Shown here: in pieces, positions 41,930 through 49,347 of the stretch | Layout of the letters: every line of letters begins with the position of its first letter | Position numbering within the stretch: position 1 is the first letter of the stretch | NCBI GenBank assembly: GCA_050872785.1 | Contig: JBNMHO010000002.1 | Location: 72,165 to 136,164 of the forward strand | Direction: 5' to 3' | DNA length: 64,000 bases | Source of the DNA: Clostridia bacterium | GTDB taxonomy: Bacteria; Bacillota; Clostridia; Christensenellales; UBA1242 | Position numbers and translations under genes: made by a program | The notes under the pieces: generated by a model | Databases searched by the model: none | Told to the model about the DNA's origin: nothing | Seen by the model: only the letters and a program-made list of their open reading frames with translations

Positions 41930-41953
41930 CCAAAAACAACATATTGCAGCAAC

Positions 41954-41987
41954 AAAAAAAGAAACCAATTTATTTGGTTTCTTTTTT
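41954..41987. terminator. bidirectional intrinsic terminator after the giant gene
   Basis: GAAACCAA (41961-41968) pairs with TTGGTTTC (41974-41981). An A-run lies upstream and TTTTTT downstream. Confidence 0.8.
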
Positions 41988-42060
41988 GCTATATATTTGC
42001 TATATATTTGCTATATATTTGCTATATATTTGCTATATATTTGCTATATATTTGCTATAT
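41988..42060. repeat. 11-bp tandem repeat (GCTATATATTT) x6 plus a partial copy
   Basis: Six perfect head-to-tail copies span 41988-42053, and a 7-nt partial copy spans 42054-42060. The array lies between convergent genes. Confidence 0.95.
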
Positions 42061-42084
42061 TTTTTATAGGTTTTCCACAAGAGG

Positions 42085-42966
42085 TTATTCTTTGTTGATA
42101 ACAATTTTAACTTCGGTGCCGTCGATTTCAACATTTGCGTTGCTGTTTGCTAGGCAAGTGAGAAGTCCTTTGTTGTTTTCTTCAACGGAACTGTCGCCAA
42201 ACAAAAGGGCAGTGATATTTTTGTTTATCATTTCTGCAAGGTCTTGTTCGCCCAAGAATTTGTTTATAATCTTGTTGATTTCTGAAGTATCTTCGGCTTT
42301 CATGTTGTTAAGTGTTATGTCTTTGCTTTCCACAAATTCAAATTCGCTTCCAGCAATGCATTTTGTTGTGAAATTGGTTGTTACATAAAGCGTGTCTGGA
42401 ATATAGTTTCTGATAATTTTTGTAAAGATATTGCCGTTCTTTGAAATCTCTTCCTTTGTTGCTTTGAAGTTGATTTTTGCGATAACTTTGCAGTCGAACT
42501 TTCCGTCTGTTTGAAGATTGCTGAATTCCATTGAAAGAATTTCTACGTCAGCATTGTCAAGTGCAAAAGCCTTTTGATCCAAACTGTGCAAAAGGGAATT
42601 TGCCAGCCCAGCAACTTGCTTGCCGCTGAGTTTAATTGTGCCTTGAAGTGCCGACCCTTGATAATCTGTTAGTGAAAACTCTTTGCTCCCGTCCTCGTTT
42701 GTTTTATAGATTTGTCCACCTTTGCCCGAGCCAAACATGTTGTCAAGTGTTATCACGATGTCGTCATCTGTATATTTGTCTGGCACAACTTGTTCTTCGC
42801 TTGGTGGAGTTTGAATTGCCTTTATCTGCGCCCTCGCTTTCAAAATGTCAACCCCCGTTGTTGCCTTTATTCCAACATACACCGCAACCGACAGCCCAAA
42901 AACAACCACTGCGAAAATGATAAGACCCTTGAGCAGCCCCAAAAGACCACTAGATTTTTTTGCCAT
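42085..42966 (-). CDS. hypothetical membrane-anchored (N-terminal TM) protein
   Basis: 293 aa. The N-terminus MAKKSSGLLGLLKGLIIFAVVVFGLSVAVYVGI is a signal-anchor. A GGGGG RBS lies upstream of the ATG. I recognise no family. Confidence 0.65.
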   Translation of the reverse strand: MAKKSSGLLGLLKGLIIFAVVVFGLSVAVYVGIKATTGVDILKARAQIKAIQTPPSEEQVVPDKYTDDDIVITLDNMFGSGKGGQIYKTNEDGSKEFSLTDYQGSALQGTIKLSGKQVAGLANSLLHSLDQKAFALDNADVEILSMEFSNLQTDGKFDCKVIAKINFKATKEEISKNGNIFTKIIRNYIPDTLYVTTNFTTKCIAGSEFEFVESKDITLNNMKAEDTSEINKIINKFLGEQDLAEMINKNITALLFGDSSVEENNKGLLTCLANSNANVEIDGTEVKIVINKE

Positions 42967-43098
42967 AATTTACCCCCTAGTAAATATTATATTAAAAATA
43001 GTTTATCACACATACAAATCTATTTCAAAACGCTTTTCACAAAATTTCTCCAGCAAAACAAAAATTTGTTACTATGAACAAAAAAACAAGAAAGCCCC

Positions 43099-43424
43099 TC
43101 ACTTGCTCGTTAGAGCAAATATATGCAAATTTTTTCAGTAATTTTTTGTTAAATGAAATTGGCTTTCAGCCAATGATATTGACCAACGGTCAAAAATATT
43201 TCCCTTGGTCAATGATATTACTCATTTCATTCGTAATGATATGATATTTGCTTAACTGATCCTATCATTCTTTTTGAGAATATATGAACCCTCGCTTCAT
43301 TTATTTTATTACAAAATATATGAACCCTCGCTTTGCTCGGAACCATATATTCAAAAAGAATATCATTCACGAAGTGAATATCATTGCGAAGCAATTTCAC
43401 TTGCTCGTCAGAGCAAATATCATT
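43099..43424. repeat. non-coding region of short hairpins plus AATGATAT/ATATCATT octamers, bounded by 24-bp direct repeats
   Basis: TCACTTGCTCGTTAGAGCAAATAT (43099-43122) repeats as TCACTTGCTCGTCAGAGCAAATAT (43397-43420). AATGATAT occurs at 43172, 43211 and 43235. Its complement ATATCATT occurs at 43360, 43378 and 43417. The 19-nt AATATATGAACCCTCGCTT occurs twice (43279 and 43315). Confidence 0.85.
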
Positions 43425-43426
43425 GT

Positions 43427-43460
43427 GAAAAAAGACCTTCCTTTCGGAAAGTCTTTTTTC
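43427..43460 (-). terminator. intrinsic (bidirectional) terminator downstream of tRNA-Glu
   Basis: AGACCTTCC (43433-43441) pairs with GGAAAGTCT (43446-43454, one mismatch). It is flanked by A6 and T6 runs. Confidence 0.75.
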
Positions 43461-43465
43461 ACTAC

Positions 43466-43540
43466 TGGTGACCCCAACGGGATTCGAACCCATGATACCA
43501 CCGTGAAAGGGTGGTGTCTTAACCGCTTGACCATGGGGCC
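43466..43540 (-). tRNA. tRNA-Glu (anticodon UUC)
   Basis: The reverse complement is GGCCCCATGGTCAAGCGGTTAAGACACCACCCTTTCACGGTGGTATCATGGGTTCGAATCCCGTTGGGGTCACCA. It folds as a cloverleaf with anticodon loop CTTTCAC, T-loop GGTTCGAATCC and an encoded CCA. Confidence 0.95.
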
Positions 43541-43551
43541 ATTGTCTGTAT

Positions 43552-43627
43552 TGGTGGTGGCGGTAAGATTTGAACTTACGACCTTTCGGGTATGAACCGA
43601 ATGCTATAACCACTAAGCCACGCCACC
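43552..43627 (-). tRNA. tRNA-Met (anticodon CAU; elongator-like)
   Basis: The reverse complement is GGTGGCGTGGCTTAGTGGTTATAGCATTCGGTTCATACCCGAAAGGTCGTAAGTTCAAATCTTACCGCCACCACCA. The anticodon loop is TTCATAC. The anticodon stem lacks the three G-C pairs typical of initiator tRNA. A lysidine-modified tRNA-Ile2 identity cannot be excluded from sequence alone. Confidence 0.85.
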
Positions 43628-43649
43628 AAACCACTAACTAAGCCTCTTG

Positions 43650-43678
43650 ATTATAAAGCAAAATAAAAATTCTGTCAA
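43650..43678 (-). promoter_or_regulatory. consensus sigma-A promoter of the tRNA-Met/Glu operon
   Basis: On the minus strand: TTGACA (43678-43673), a 17-nt spacer, then TATAAT (43655-43650). This lies about 20 nt upstream of the tRNA-Met 5' end. Confidence 0.75.
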
Positions 43679-43809
43679 CATATTTTTTCAAAATATTTTC
43701 AAAGTTTACAAATTTTTTTTATTTTTATCAAAATTTATGATTTTTTAGCCCATTTTCTTGCCAGAAATATGTAAAATTCCATATAAATTGGCATTTTGCA
43801 CAATTCCGC

Positions 43810-43838
43810 TTGACAAATCTTTTTATTAAAACTACACT
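43810..43838 (+). promoter_or_regulatory. sigma-A promoter candidate of the Flg_new paralog 1
   Basis: TTGACA (43810-43815), a 17-nt spacer, then TACACT (43833-43838). Confidence 0.55.
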
Positions 43839-43870
43839 TTTTGTAGATAATATGATTAAAAGGTGAAGCG

Positions 43871-44890
43871 ATGAGAAGGTTTTGGGACAAGGCTAGGGTG
43901 TGGATGTTATGCATAAATTATGTTCTTGTTATGGGACTTTTGTGTGTGATTATCTTCGGTGCAACTGTTCAAAATACTTCGTCCAATGTCACCGTAACCT
44001 ATAATCGCCCAACTTACACTGCAACTTTTGACGCAAATGGCGGAAGTTGCGACACAACAAGCAAAAATGTCAAACTTGGTGACAATTATGGCTCACTTCC
44101 AACCCCAACACGCACTGGCTACAACTTTGGCGGCTGGTTTTTGGGAAGTTCTGCTGTGTCAAGCAGCACTCAATATAAAACAGTTGGCAACACAACTTTA
44201 ACTGCAAGTTGGTCTGCAAAAACATATACAATTACAAGTGGAACAAACATCACTGGCGCAAGCATTTCCGTTCCCTCAAGCGGAACTTTTGGGAGTGGCA
44301 TTTCAATCTCCTCAAGCGGCAGTGCAACAGGCTACACTTATTCATTAACAAATATTAAAATCTATTCTGGCAACTCCACCAGCGGAACTTTGCTTGCGAC
44401 AATAAATTCAACTTCCTCCTCTTGGACGATGAGCGGAACTTACTACTCGTCAATCTACGTCTATGCCACTTGGACAAGAAGTGCAATCGCAACCACCATT
44501 TCTGCAAGTTCGACTTCAGTTTCATTCACATCAAATGGATATACTACAAGTCCAATAGTTACAATTACCGCCGGCGGAGGTGGTGGCAAATGGGTCTATA
44601 GTGTTGTAAGTTGTTCAACCAGTGCCAGTTCTTTTGAAATTAAAAGAGGAGATTGTGACCCAAATACTAACTATACACTTTCTACGACTGGAGAAACTAC
44701 TGCTTCAATCACTTTTACTATAGTTGGAGGAATTGCTGTAAAAAAACATGGAACATTAGGAAATGTTGTTATTGTACCTTATCAAACAACCTATACTTAT
44801 GTAATACAAGCAAAGAGCGTTTATAATGGAACGACTGCTCAGATAACGGTTAAATTCATTGCAGACCCGGATCCCAATGATTTCCCCTGA
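43871..44890 (+). CDS. membrane-anchored surface protein with Listeria-Bacteroides (Flg_new) repeat
   Basis: 339 aa. The signal-anchor is [31 protein letters not shown]. The repeat is [10 protein letters not shown]...[15 protein letters not shown]...TLTASW. It is a paralog of 49635-50652. RBS AAAGGTGA. Confidence 0.8.
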   Translation: MRRFWDKARVWMLCINYVLVMGLLCVIIFGATVQNTSSNVTVTYNRPTYTATFDANGGSCDTTSKNVKLGDNYGSLPTPTRTGYNFGGWFLGSSAVSSSTQYKTVGNTTLTASWSAKTYTITSGTNITGASISVPSSGTFGSGISISSSGSATGYTYSLTNIKIYSGNSTSGTLLATINSTSSSWTMSGTYYSSIYVYATWTRSAIATTISASSTSVSFTSNGYTTSPIVTITAGGGGGKWVYSVVSCSTSASSFEIKRGDCDPNTNYTLSTTGETTASITFTIVGGIAVKKHGTLGNVVIVPYQTTYTYVIQAKSVYNGTTAQITVKFIADPDPNDFP

Positions 44891-44956
44891 TTTGTGAAGC
44901 AATAATGTTTATGCATTTGATAAAATGATAGTAATGATCTCTTATAATATTAAACT

Positions 44957-44990
44957 GACTGAGAAATCTCTCTCAGTCTTTTTGTTTTTT
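44957..44990 (+). terminator. intrinsic terminator
   Basis: GACTGAGA (44957-44964) pairs with TCTCAGTC (44971-44978), followed by TTTTTGTTTTTT. Confidence 0.8.
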
Positions 44991-45023
44991 GGATAAGATG
45001 TGGTAGAATATGGGTGGAGAGAA

Positions 45024-45740
45024 ATGGACGAAAATTTGAATTTTGAAAATCATGAGCAACTTGTAAAGGTTTTGGAAAAGAACGCAAGCCAAAAGTCCAG
45101 TCTTTTTAACAAAAAACTGATTGCAACTGAGTATAAGATTTTGGGTTGGAAGTTGCCATATCTAAGAGATTTAGCCAAACAAATTGTTAAGAACAACAAG
45201 CAAGACATTGTCTTGAGCCGCTTTGATTTTACATATTATGAAGAAATTATATTGTTCGATTTTGTTTTATCTCTTGCCAAAATGGACGAGCAAAAACGCA
45301 TAAAGATTTTGGACAAACTTATAGCAAATTTTGACAACTGGAGTGTTGTGGATAGCCTTTGCTCAAGTTTGAAATCTGTCAAAAAGAATAAAGTCCTTTA
45401 TCTTGACTGCATCAAGTCTTGCATGGAAGACAACCACGAATACAAAGTGAGAGTGGGGATAGTTCTACTTATGAATTATTATCTTGACGAGGAAAACTTG
45501 GAAGAAATTATGTCACTTGTTGCCCATGCAAACCACCCAGAACATTATTATGTCCAAATGGCACAAGCATGGTTCTTTGCCACGAGTTTTGCAAAACGTT
45601 TTGACGAAACACTGTCCTATCTTTCAAAGAACAAGAACTTACTTGCAGAAAAGACAATAAGAAAAACAATTTCAAAATGCAACGACAGTTTCCGTCTAAC
45701 CACCGAACAGAAGAAGAAAATTAAAGAAAAACTATCATAA
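45024..45740 (+). CDS. DNA alkylation repair protein (AlkD/AlkC-like HEAT-repeat family)
   Basis: The translation shows the family pattern: ...KILGWKLPYLRDLAKQI..., DNWSVVDSLCSS, YKVRVGIVLLMNYYL, YYVQMAQAWFFATSF and a C-terminal IRKTISKCNDSFRLT. The ORF track starts at GTG 45000, directly after a terminator. The ATG at 45024, with a GGAGAG RBS, is preferred. Confidence 0.7.
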   Translation: MDENLNFENHEQLVKVLEKNASQKSSLFNKKLIATEYKILGWKLPYLRDLAKQIVKNNKQDIVLSRFDFTYYEEIILFDFVLSLAKMDEQKRIKILDKLIANFDNWSVVDSLCSSLKSVKKNKVLYLDCIKSCMEDNHEYKVRVGIVLLMNYYLDEENLEEIMSLVAHANHPEHYYVQMAQAWFFATSFAKRFDETLSYLSKNKNLLAEKTIRKTISKCNDSFRLTTEQKKKIKEKLS

Positions 45741-45793
45741 AATGTTGCCACAGAACAAATAAACGAGCAAAGTTGTTGTCAATAGGTTTAAAT

Positions 45794-45824
45794 AAAAAAA
45801 GGCTGGAAATCCCAGCCTTTTTTA
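45794..45824. terminator. bidirectional intrinsic terminator between convergent genes
   Basis: The sequence reads AAAAAAA GGCTGG aaatc CCAGCC TTTTTT. Confidence 0.8.
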
Positions 45825-45832
45825 CTTTGCGA

Positions 45833-46102
45833 TTAACCTTGCAGACCTTGTGCTTGACGGAACATATCTTCCACAACAATGTCATAAATTTCCCCAATGG
45901 AAGCACCATATTCAAGCACTTTCCAAGGTTCGTTTGTGTGGAAATGAATTTTGATAAGTTCGCTGTCGCCAACTACAAGCAAGCAATCTCCAACAAAACA
46001 AGTGTTGAAGTGTTCTCTTATTTTGTCTTCGTCAAGACCTTTGCCCTCAATCAAAAGTTGAGTGTCATATCTGTAGTTAAGTTCTTCGCCTTCGTATTCC
46101 AT
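45833..46102 (-). CDS. small protein resembling the middle domain of DAK2-fusion/FakA (YloV) proteins
   Basis: 89 aa with a strong RBS (AAAGGAGAG). GDCLLVVGDSELIKIHFHTNEPWKVLEYGASIGEIYDIVVEDMFRQ recalls the GDSxxVVxDxxxVKVHVHTxxPGxVLexAxxxGxLxxIKIxNM segment of YloV/FakA. This comes from memory, not from a search. Confidence 0.45.
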   Translation of the reverse strand: MEYEGEELNYRYDTQLLIEGKGLDEDKIREHFNTCFVGDCLLVVGDSELIKIHFHTNEPWKVLEYGASIGEIYDIVVEDMFRQAQGLQG

Positions 46103-46270
46103 AATTCTCTCCTTTTTACATTTTGATTTTACTTATTTTCTTCCTATGTGTCAAACAATTTGCTTTTATTTTCAAAAAGAGGACTATCTAATTTTGGAAA
46201 TATCACAAAAAATGCTTAAAAATTGTTGAAATTCATTGCAAAATATGAAATAATTATTTTAGGAGAAAAA

Positions 46271-46978
46271 ATGCTAGAAATAAAAAACTTAAATTATTCC
46301 ATTGTCGAAGACGGGAAAAAATTGGAAATTTTAAAAAATGTCAACTTGAAAGTTAATGACAACGAACTCGTCATTATCACTGGGCAAAACGGCAGTGGCA
46401 AATCTACTCTTGCAAAAATCATGATGGGTATCCTTCCAGCAACAAGCGGTCAAATTTTACTTGACGGCATGGACATCACATCTTTATCCATAACCGACCG
46501 AGCAAAACTCGGCATCGCATATGCCTTTCAGCAACCAACAGTGTTCAAAGGTTTAACTGTAAAAGACTTAATTGACATTGCAACAGGCGGAACAAACACA
46601 GTTGCCACCGCTTGCAACTTTTTAAGCCGTGTCGGACTTTGTGCCAGGGAATATGTAAATAGAGAAGTTAATTCCAAACTTTCTGGTGGGGAACTTAAAC
46701 GAATTGAACTCGCCCTGCTTCTTGCCAGAAACTGCAAACTTAATATTTGTGACGAACCCGAGGCTGGCATTGACCTTTGGAGTTTTGATGCACTTGTGCA
46801 ACTTTTTCAAAGCGAAAAGCGAACATTTGTCGTCATAAGTCACCAAAAGAAACTTATTGAAATTGCTTCAAAAGTTATTCTTATGGAAAACGGGCAAGTC
46901 AAAAAATCTGGAAGTTACAAAGAAGTTGCACCATATTTGCAACCGGTCGTTTGTGACAAATTGGAGGGACAAGCATGA
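46271..46978 (+). CDS. sufC: SufC-like Fe-S cluster assembly ABC ATPase
   Basis: Motifs are Walker A GQNGSGKST, ABC signature LSGGELKR and Walker B LNICDEPEAGID. There is no membrane partner, and it overlaps the SufB/D-family gene downstream. ATG 46271 follows an AGGAG RBS. The ORF track start at 46223 is less likely. Confidence 0.8.
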   Translation: MLEIKNLNYSIVEDGKKLEILKNVNLKVNDNELVIITGQNGSGKSTLAKIMMGILPATSGQILLDGMDITSLSITDRAKLGIAYAFQQPTVFKGLTVKDLIDIATGGTNTVATACNFLSRVGLCAREYVNREVNSKLSGGELKRIELALLLARNCKLNICDEPEAGIDLWSFDALVQLFQSEKRTFVVISHQKKLIEIASKVILMENGQVKKSGSYKEVAPYLQPVVCDKLEGQA

Positions 46979-47904
46979 ACACTTTAACAGAACAAGAAAA
47001 AATTTTGCTTGAAAAAATCTCCGACTTGCACGACATTCCACAAGCGGGGGCATTTAATATCAGACGCAACGGCAAGTTGGTCGCACGAAATGTGGATAAT
47101 GAGATAAATATTGTTTCCAAAAAGGATAAAGACGGCATTGACATTATCGTCAAAGACGGAACAAAAAACAAAAGTGTTCATATCCCCGTCCTTCTCAGTC
47201 AAGAAGGCTTTGAAGATATGGTTTACAATGACTTTTACATCGGCGACAACTGTGACGTCCTAATTGCCGCTGGTTGCGGAATTCACAATGCAAGTTCCAA
47301 AAAATCTAGGCATAATGGCATACACAGTTTTCACATCGGCAACAACTCATATGTAAAATATGTGGAACGCCACCTCGGCATGGGCAAAAATAAAGCAAAA
47401 CGTGTCCTTGACCCAGTGACCACTGTTGACATGAAAAATGGAAGCGTGTTTGAAATGGAAACTTTGCAACTGTCTGGTGTGTCGGGGGCAAAAAGAGTGA
47501 CAAAAGCAGTGGTGGGAGAAAATTCGACTTTGCTCATAAACGAAAAAATATTGACCGAAAACTCAGCCCATGCTTCGACCAATTTTGAAGTGCAACTTGT
47601 TGGGGATAACTCAAAAGTTGATGTCGTGTCGCACGCAGTGGCAAGGAACAAGAGTAAGCAATTTTTTGTTTCAAAAGTCGTTGGCAAGGCAAAATGCTTT
47701 GGACACGTGGAATGTGACGGAATTTTGTGTGATGACGCACAAATTTCATCAACTCCAGAAATTTTGGCACAAAATAGAGATGCAAGTCTAGTCCACGAAG
47801 CAGCAATCGGCAAAATATCCCAAGACCAACAAAACAAACTTATGACCATGGGACTCACTGCCCAAGAAGCAGAAAAAGCAATTATCAACGGATTTTTGAA
47901 ATGA
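46975..47904 (+). CDS. SufB/SufD family Fe-S assembly protein
   Basis: There is a 4-nt overlap with sufC. The C-terminus LVHEAAIGKISQDQQNKLMTMGLTAQEAEKAIINGFL is typical of SufB/SufD. Confidence 0.75.
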   Translation: MNTLTEQEKILLEKISDLHDIPQAGAFNIRRNGKLVARNVDNEINIVSKKDKDGIDIIVKDGTKNKSVHIPVLLSQEGFEDMVYNDFYIGDNCDVLIAAGCGIHNASSKKSRHNGIHSFHIGNNSYVKYVERHLGMGKNKAKRVLDPVTTVDMKNGSVFEMETLQLSGVSGAKRVTKAVVGENSTLLINEKILTENSAHASTNFEVQLVGDNSKVDVVSHAVARNKSKQFFVSKVVGKAKCFGHVECDGILCDDAQISSTPEILAQNRDASLVHEAAIGKISQDQQNKLMTMGLTAQEAEKAIINGFLK

Positions 47905-47905
47905 T

Positions 47906-47936
47906 AAAAAACTCAACCATTTGGTTGAGTTTTTTG
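47906..47936. terminator. bidirectional intrinsic terminator
   Basis: The sequence reads AAAAA ACTCAACC attt GGTTGAGT TTTTT. Confidence 0.85.
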
Positions 47937-47995
47937 CTGTAAAGATATTTTCTACATTTGGCTATATAAGCGGAACTTGTAAAATATAATTTTTG

Positions 47996-49060
47996 TTATT
48001 TTGTAAGTTCTTGCTTGTAATTTATGTCAAGCATTTCGCAAGTTGGAACATAGCCTGCTGGTGCTTTTACAAGGTCTGGAAGACGGTTGACAATGCTTGC
48101 GCAGGTAAGTTCAACTGTTTGTGGCTTGTTGACAACAATAGTAGTTGTTGGTTCGCCTTCAACTGTCCATTCGTTTTGGTCAAATTCGTCTGGACCATAC
48201 ACTTTTCCAATGCATTGGGTTTCAAGCGTAATTCCTTCTTTAGTTTTTGTTGTAACAACTGCACTCATGCCTGTTGCGTCACCTTTCTTAATTGTCATGC
48301 CAAGAGTTGATGACTTAAGGTCTTTTTTATAAGTTTGTGGCACGCATTTTTGAGTTTGTGACAAAACGTGCAAGCCCAGTTTTTCGCAAAGCCAGCCATT
48401 AACTGTCCACATATATGAAGGGGAATAGTTGCCAGCATTTATAAGTTTTTGGCGTTCTTCGTCTGGAATTCTGTCCACAGAAGCAATTTTTTCGTCAAAT
48501 TCTTTAAGAGAAAGCCCCGCACCATGAACTTGTGCAAGTGCGATGCCATAATCTTCAACATTGTAGGAAGATTTGCCAACAATTCTGGTGATTTTTTGCG
48601 TTGTCCCGCAAAGGACTGAAATCAAACTTCCCCAAGAAGTGTCTTGATAGCCACTGCCTGATAGTGTGCAGTTGTGTTCTTTTGCAACTTTGTCAAGTTT
48701 CTTTGTAAGTTTTGGATTGGAATTCATTGGATAGAATGCTTCTTCGCAAGTGGAAATGGCGTTTACCCCTGCGTTTGCGCATGCAAGCATTGCTGGATAA
48801 ATATCATTCATAAGGCTCATTGTTGTGATGATAGCACAATCTGGCTTCATTTTCTTAAGCCCGCTTTCAAGGTCTTTGACGTCTTGAATAATAACGCCTC
48901 TGTCTTTTCCACCAAGAACACATGAAATGTCTTTGCCAATTCTGTCTTTTGCAATGTCATACGCACAGCAAATTGTGCCACCTTTTTCTTCCACATAGCG
49001 CATGGTGTAAACAGACATCTTTCCGCACCCAATTTGTGCAACTTTCAAATATTTTTTCAT
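47996..49060 (-). CDS. NAD(P)-binding DapB-like oxidoreductase (amine-dehydrogenase / 2,4-diaminopentanoate-dehydrogenase-like family)
   Basis: 354 aa. The N-terminal Rossmann motif is KVAQIGCGKMS. CANAGVNAISTCEEAFYP and NCTLSGSGYQD resemble the DapB-like amine dehydrogenase fold. The family call is from memory only. Confidence 0.45.
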   Translation of the reverse strand: MKKYLKVAQIGCGKMSVYTMRYVEEKGGTICCAYDIAKDRIGKDISCVLGGKDRGVIIQDVKDLESGLKKMKPDCAIITTMSLMNDIYPAMLACANAGVNAISTCEEAFYPMNSNPKLTKKLDKVAKEHNCTLSGSGYQDTSWGSLISVLCGTTQKITRIVGKSSYNVEDYGIALAQVHGAGLSLKEFDEKIASVDRIPDEERQKLINAGNYSPSYMWTVNGWLCEKLGLHVLSQTQKCVPQTYKKDLKSSTLGMTIKKGDATGMSAVVTTKTKEGITLETQCIGKVYGPDEFDQNEWTVEGEPTTTIVVNKPQTVELTCASIVNRLPDLVKAPAGYVPTCEMLDINYKQELTK

Positions 49061-49189
49061 AAATACTCCTTTTTGTTAAACCTAGAATGGAAATCTTATC
49101 TAAGTATTTCCACTTTTCTCAATCTAACACACAAATTTTACCATAATTTGGAATATATACAAAATAAATTTGAGAAAAAAGTTAAAATA

Positions 49190-49216
49190 AAAAAGCCTTC
49201 CTAGGAAGACTTTTTA
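49190..49216 (-). terminator. short intrinsic terminator downstream of tRNA-Ala
   Basis: The sequence reads AAAAA GCCTTC ctag GAAGAC TTTTT (one mismatch in the stem). Confidence 0.5.
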
Positions 49217-49219
49217 AAA

Positions 49220-49295
49220 TGGTGGAGATAAGCGGATTCGAACCGCTGACCTTTGCGATGCGAACGCAACGCTCTACCAACTGAGCCATACCCCC
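49220..49295 (-). tRNA. tRNA-Ala (anticodon CGC)
   Basis: The reverse complement is GGGGGTATGGCTCAGTTGGTAGAGCGTTGCGTTCGCATCGCAAAGGTCAGCGGTTCGAATCCGCTTATCTCCACCA. It has the G3:U70 alanine identity pair, anticodon loop TTCGCAT and an encoded CCA. Confidence 0.9.
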
Positions 49296-49309
49296 ATATT
49301 TCATGTTAT

Positions 49310-49338
49310 ATTATATCAAACATTTGTCGCATTGTCCA
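49310..49338 (-). promoter_or_regulatory. sigma-A promoter of tRNA-Ala
   Basis: On the minus strand: TGGACA (49338-49333), a 17-nt spacer, then the extended -10 TGaTATAAT (49318-49310). This lies about 15 nt upstream of the tRNA 5' end. Confidence 0.65.
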
Positions 49339-49347
49339 CAGTTTTTT

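Noticed and set aside
41988-42060. A CRISPR array, considered here and at 60867..61037.
   Set aside because: The repeats are contiguous with no unique spacers. The units are too short (11 bp) or too degenerate. There are no cas genes in the window.
41913-42388. ORFs 41913..42098(+) and 42008..42388(+), with translations such as LYICYIFAIYLLYICYIF.
   Set aside because: They are translations of the 11-bp tandem repeat and of the antisense strand of the 42085..42966 gene. They have no RBS and cross a terminator.
41156-42966. A polymorphic toxin / immunity pair, with the C-terminal domain of the giant protein as toxin and the next gene as immunity.
   Set aside because: The next gene is convergent and separated by a terminator and a tandem repeat. 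It encodes a 293-aa exported protein rather than a small co-directional immunity protein. Only the weaker statement about an orphan C-terminal domain is kept.
43227-43634. A 135-aa minus-strand ORF and overlapping plus-strand ORFs (43274..43471, 43284..43595).
   Set aside because: They run straight through two well-formed tRNA genes and the repeat-rich spacer. The apparent amino-acid repeats (NDI..., HLLVRANI) simply reflect the DNA repeats.
46223-46270. The upstream extension of sufC (TTG start at 46223), and similar upstream alternative starts for eno (4286), the AlkD-like gene (45000) and the DUF1538 gene (53140).
   Set aside because: In each case an ATG with a properly spaced SD sequence lies a few codons downstream. 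The extension either overlaps a terminator or lacks an RBS.
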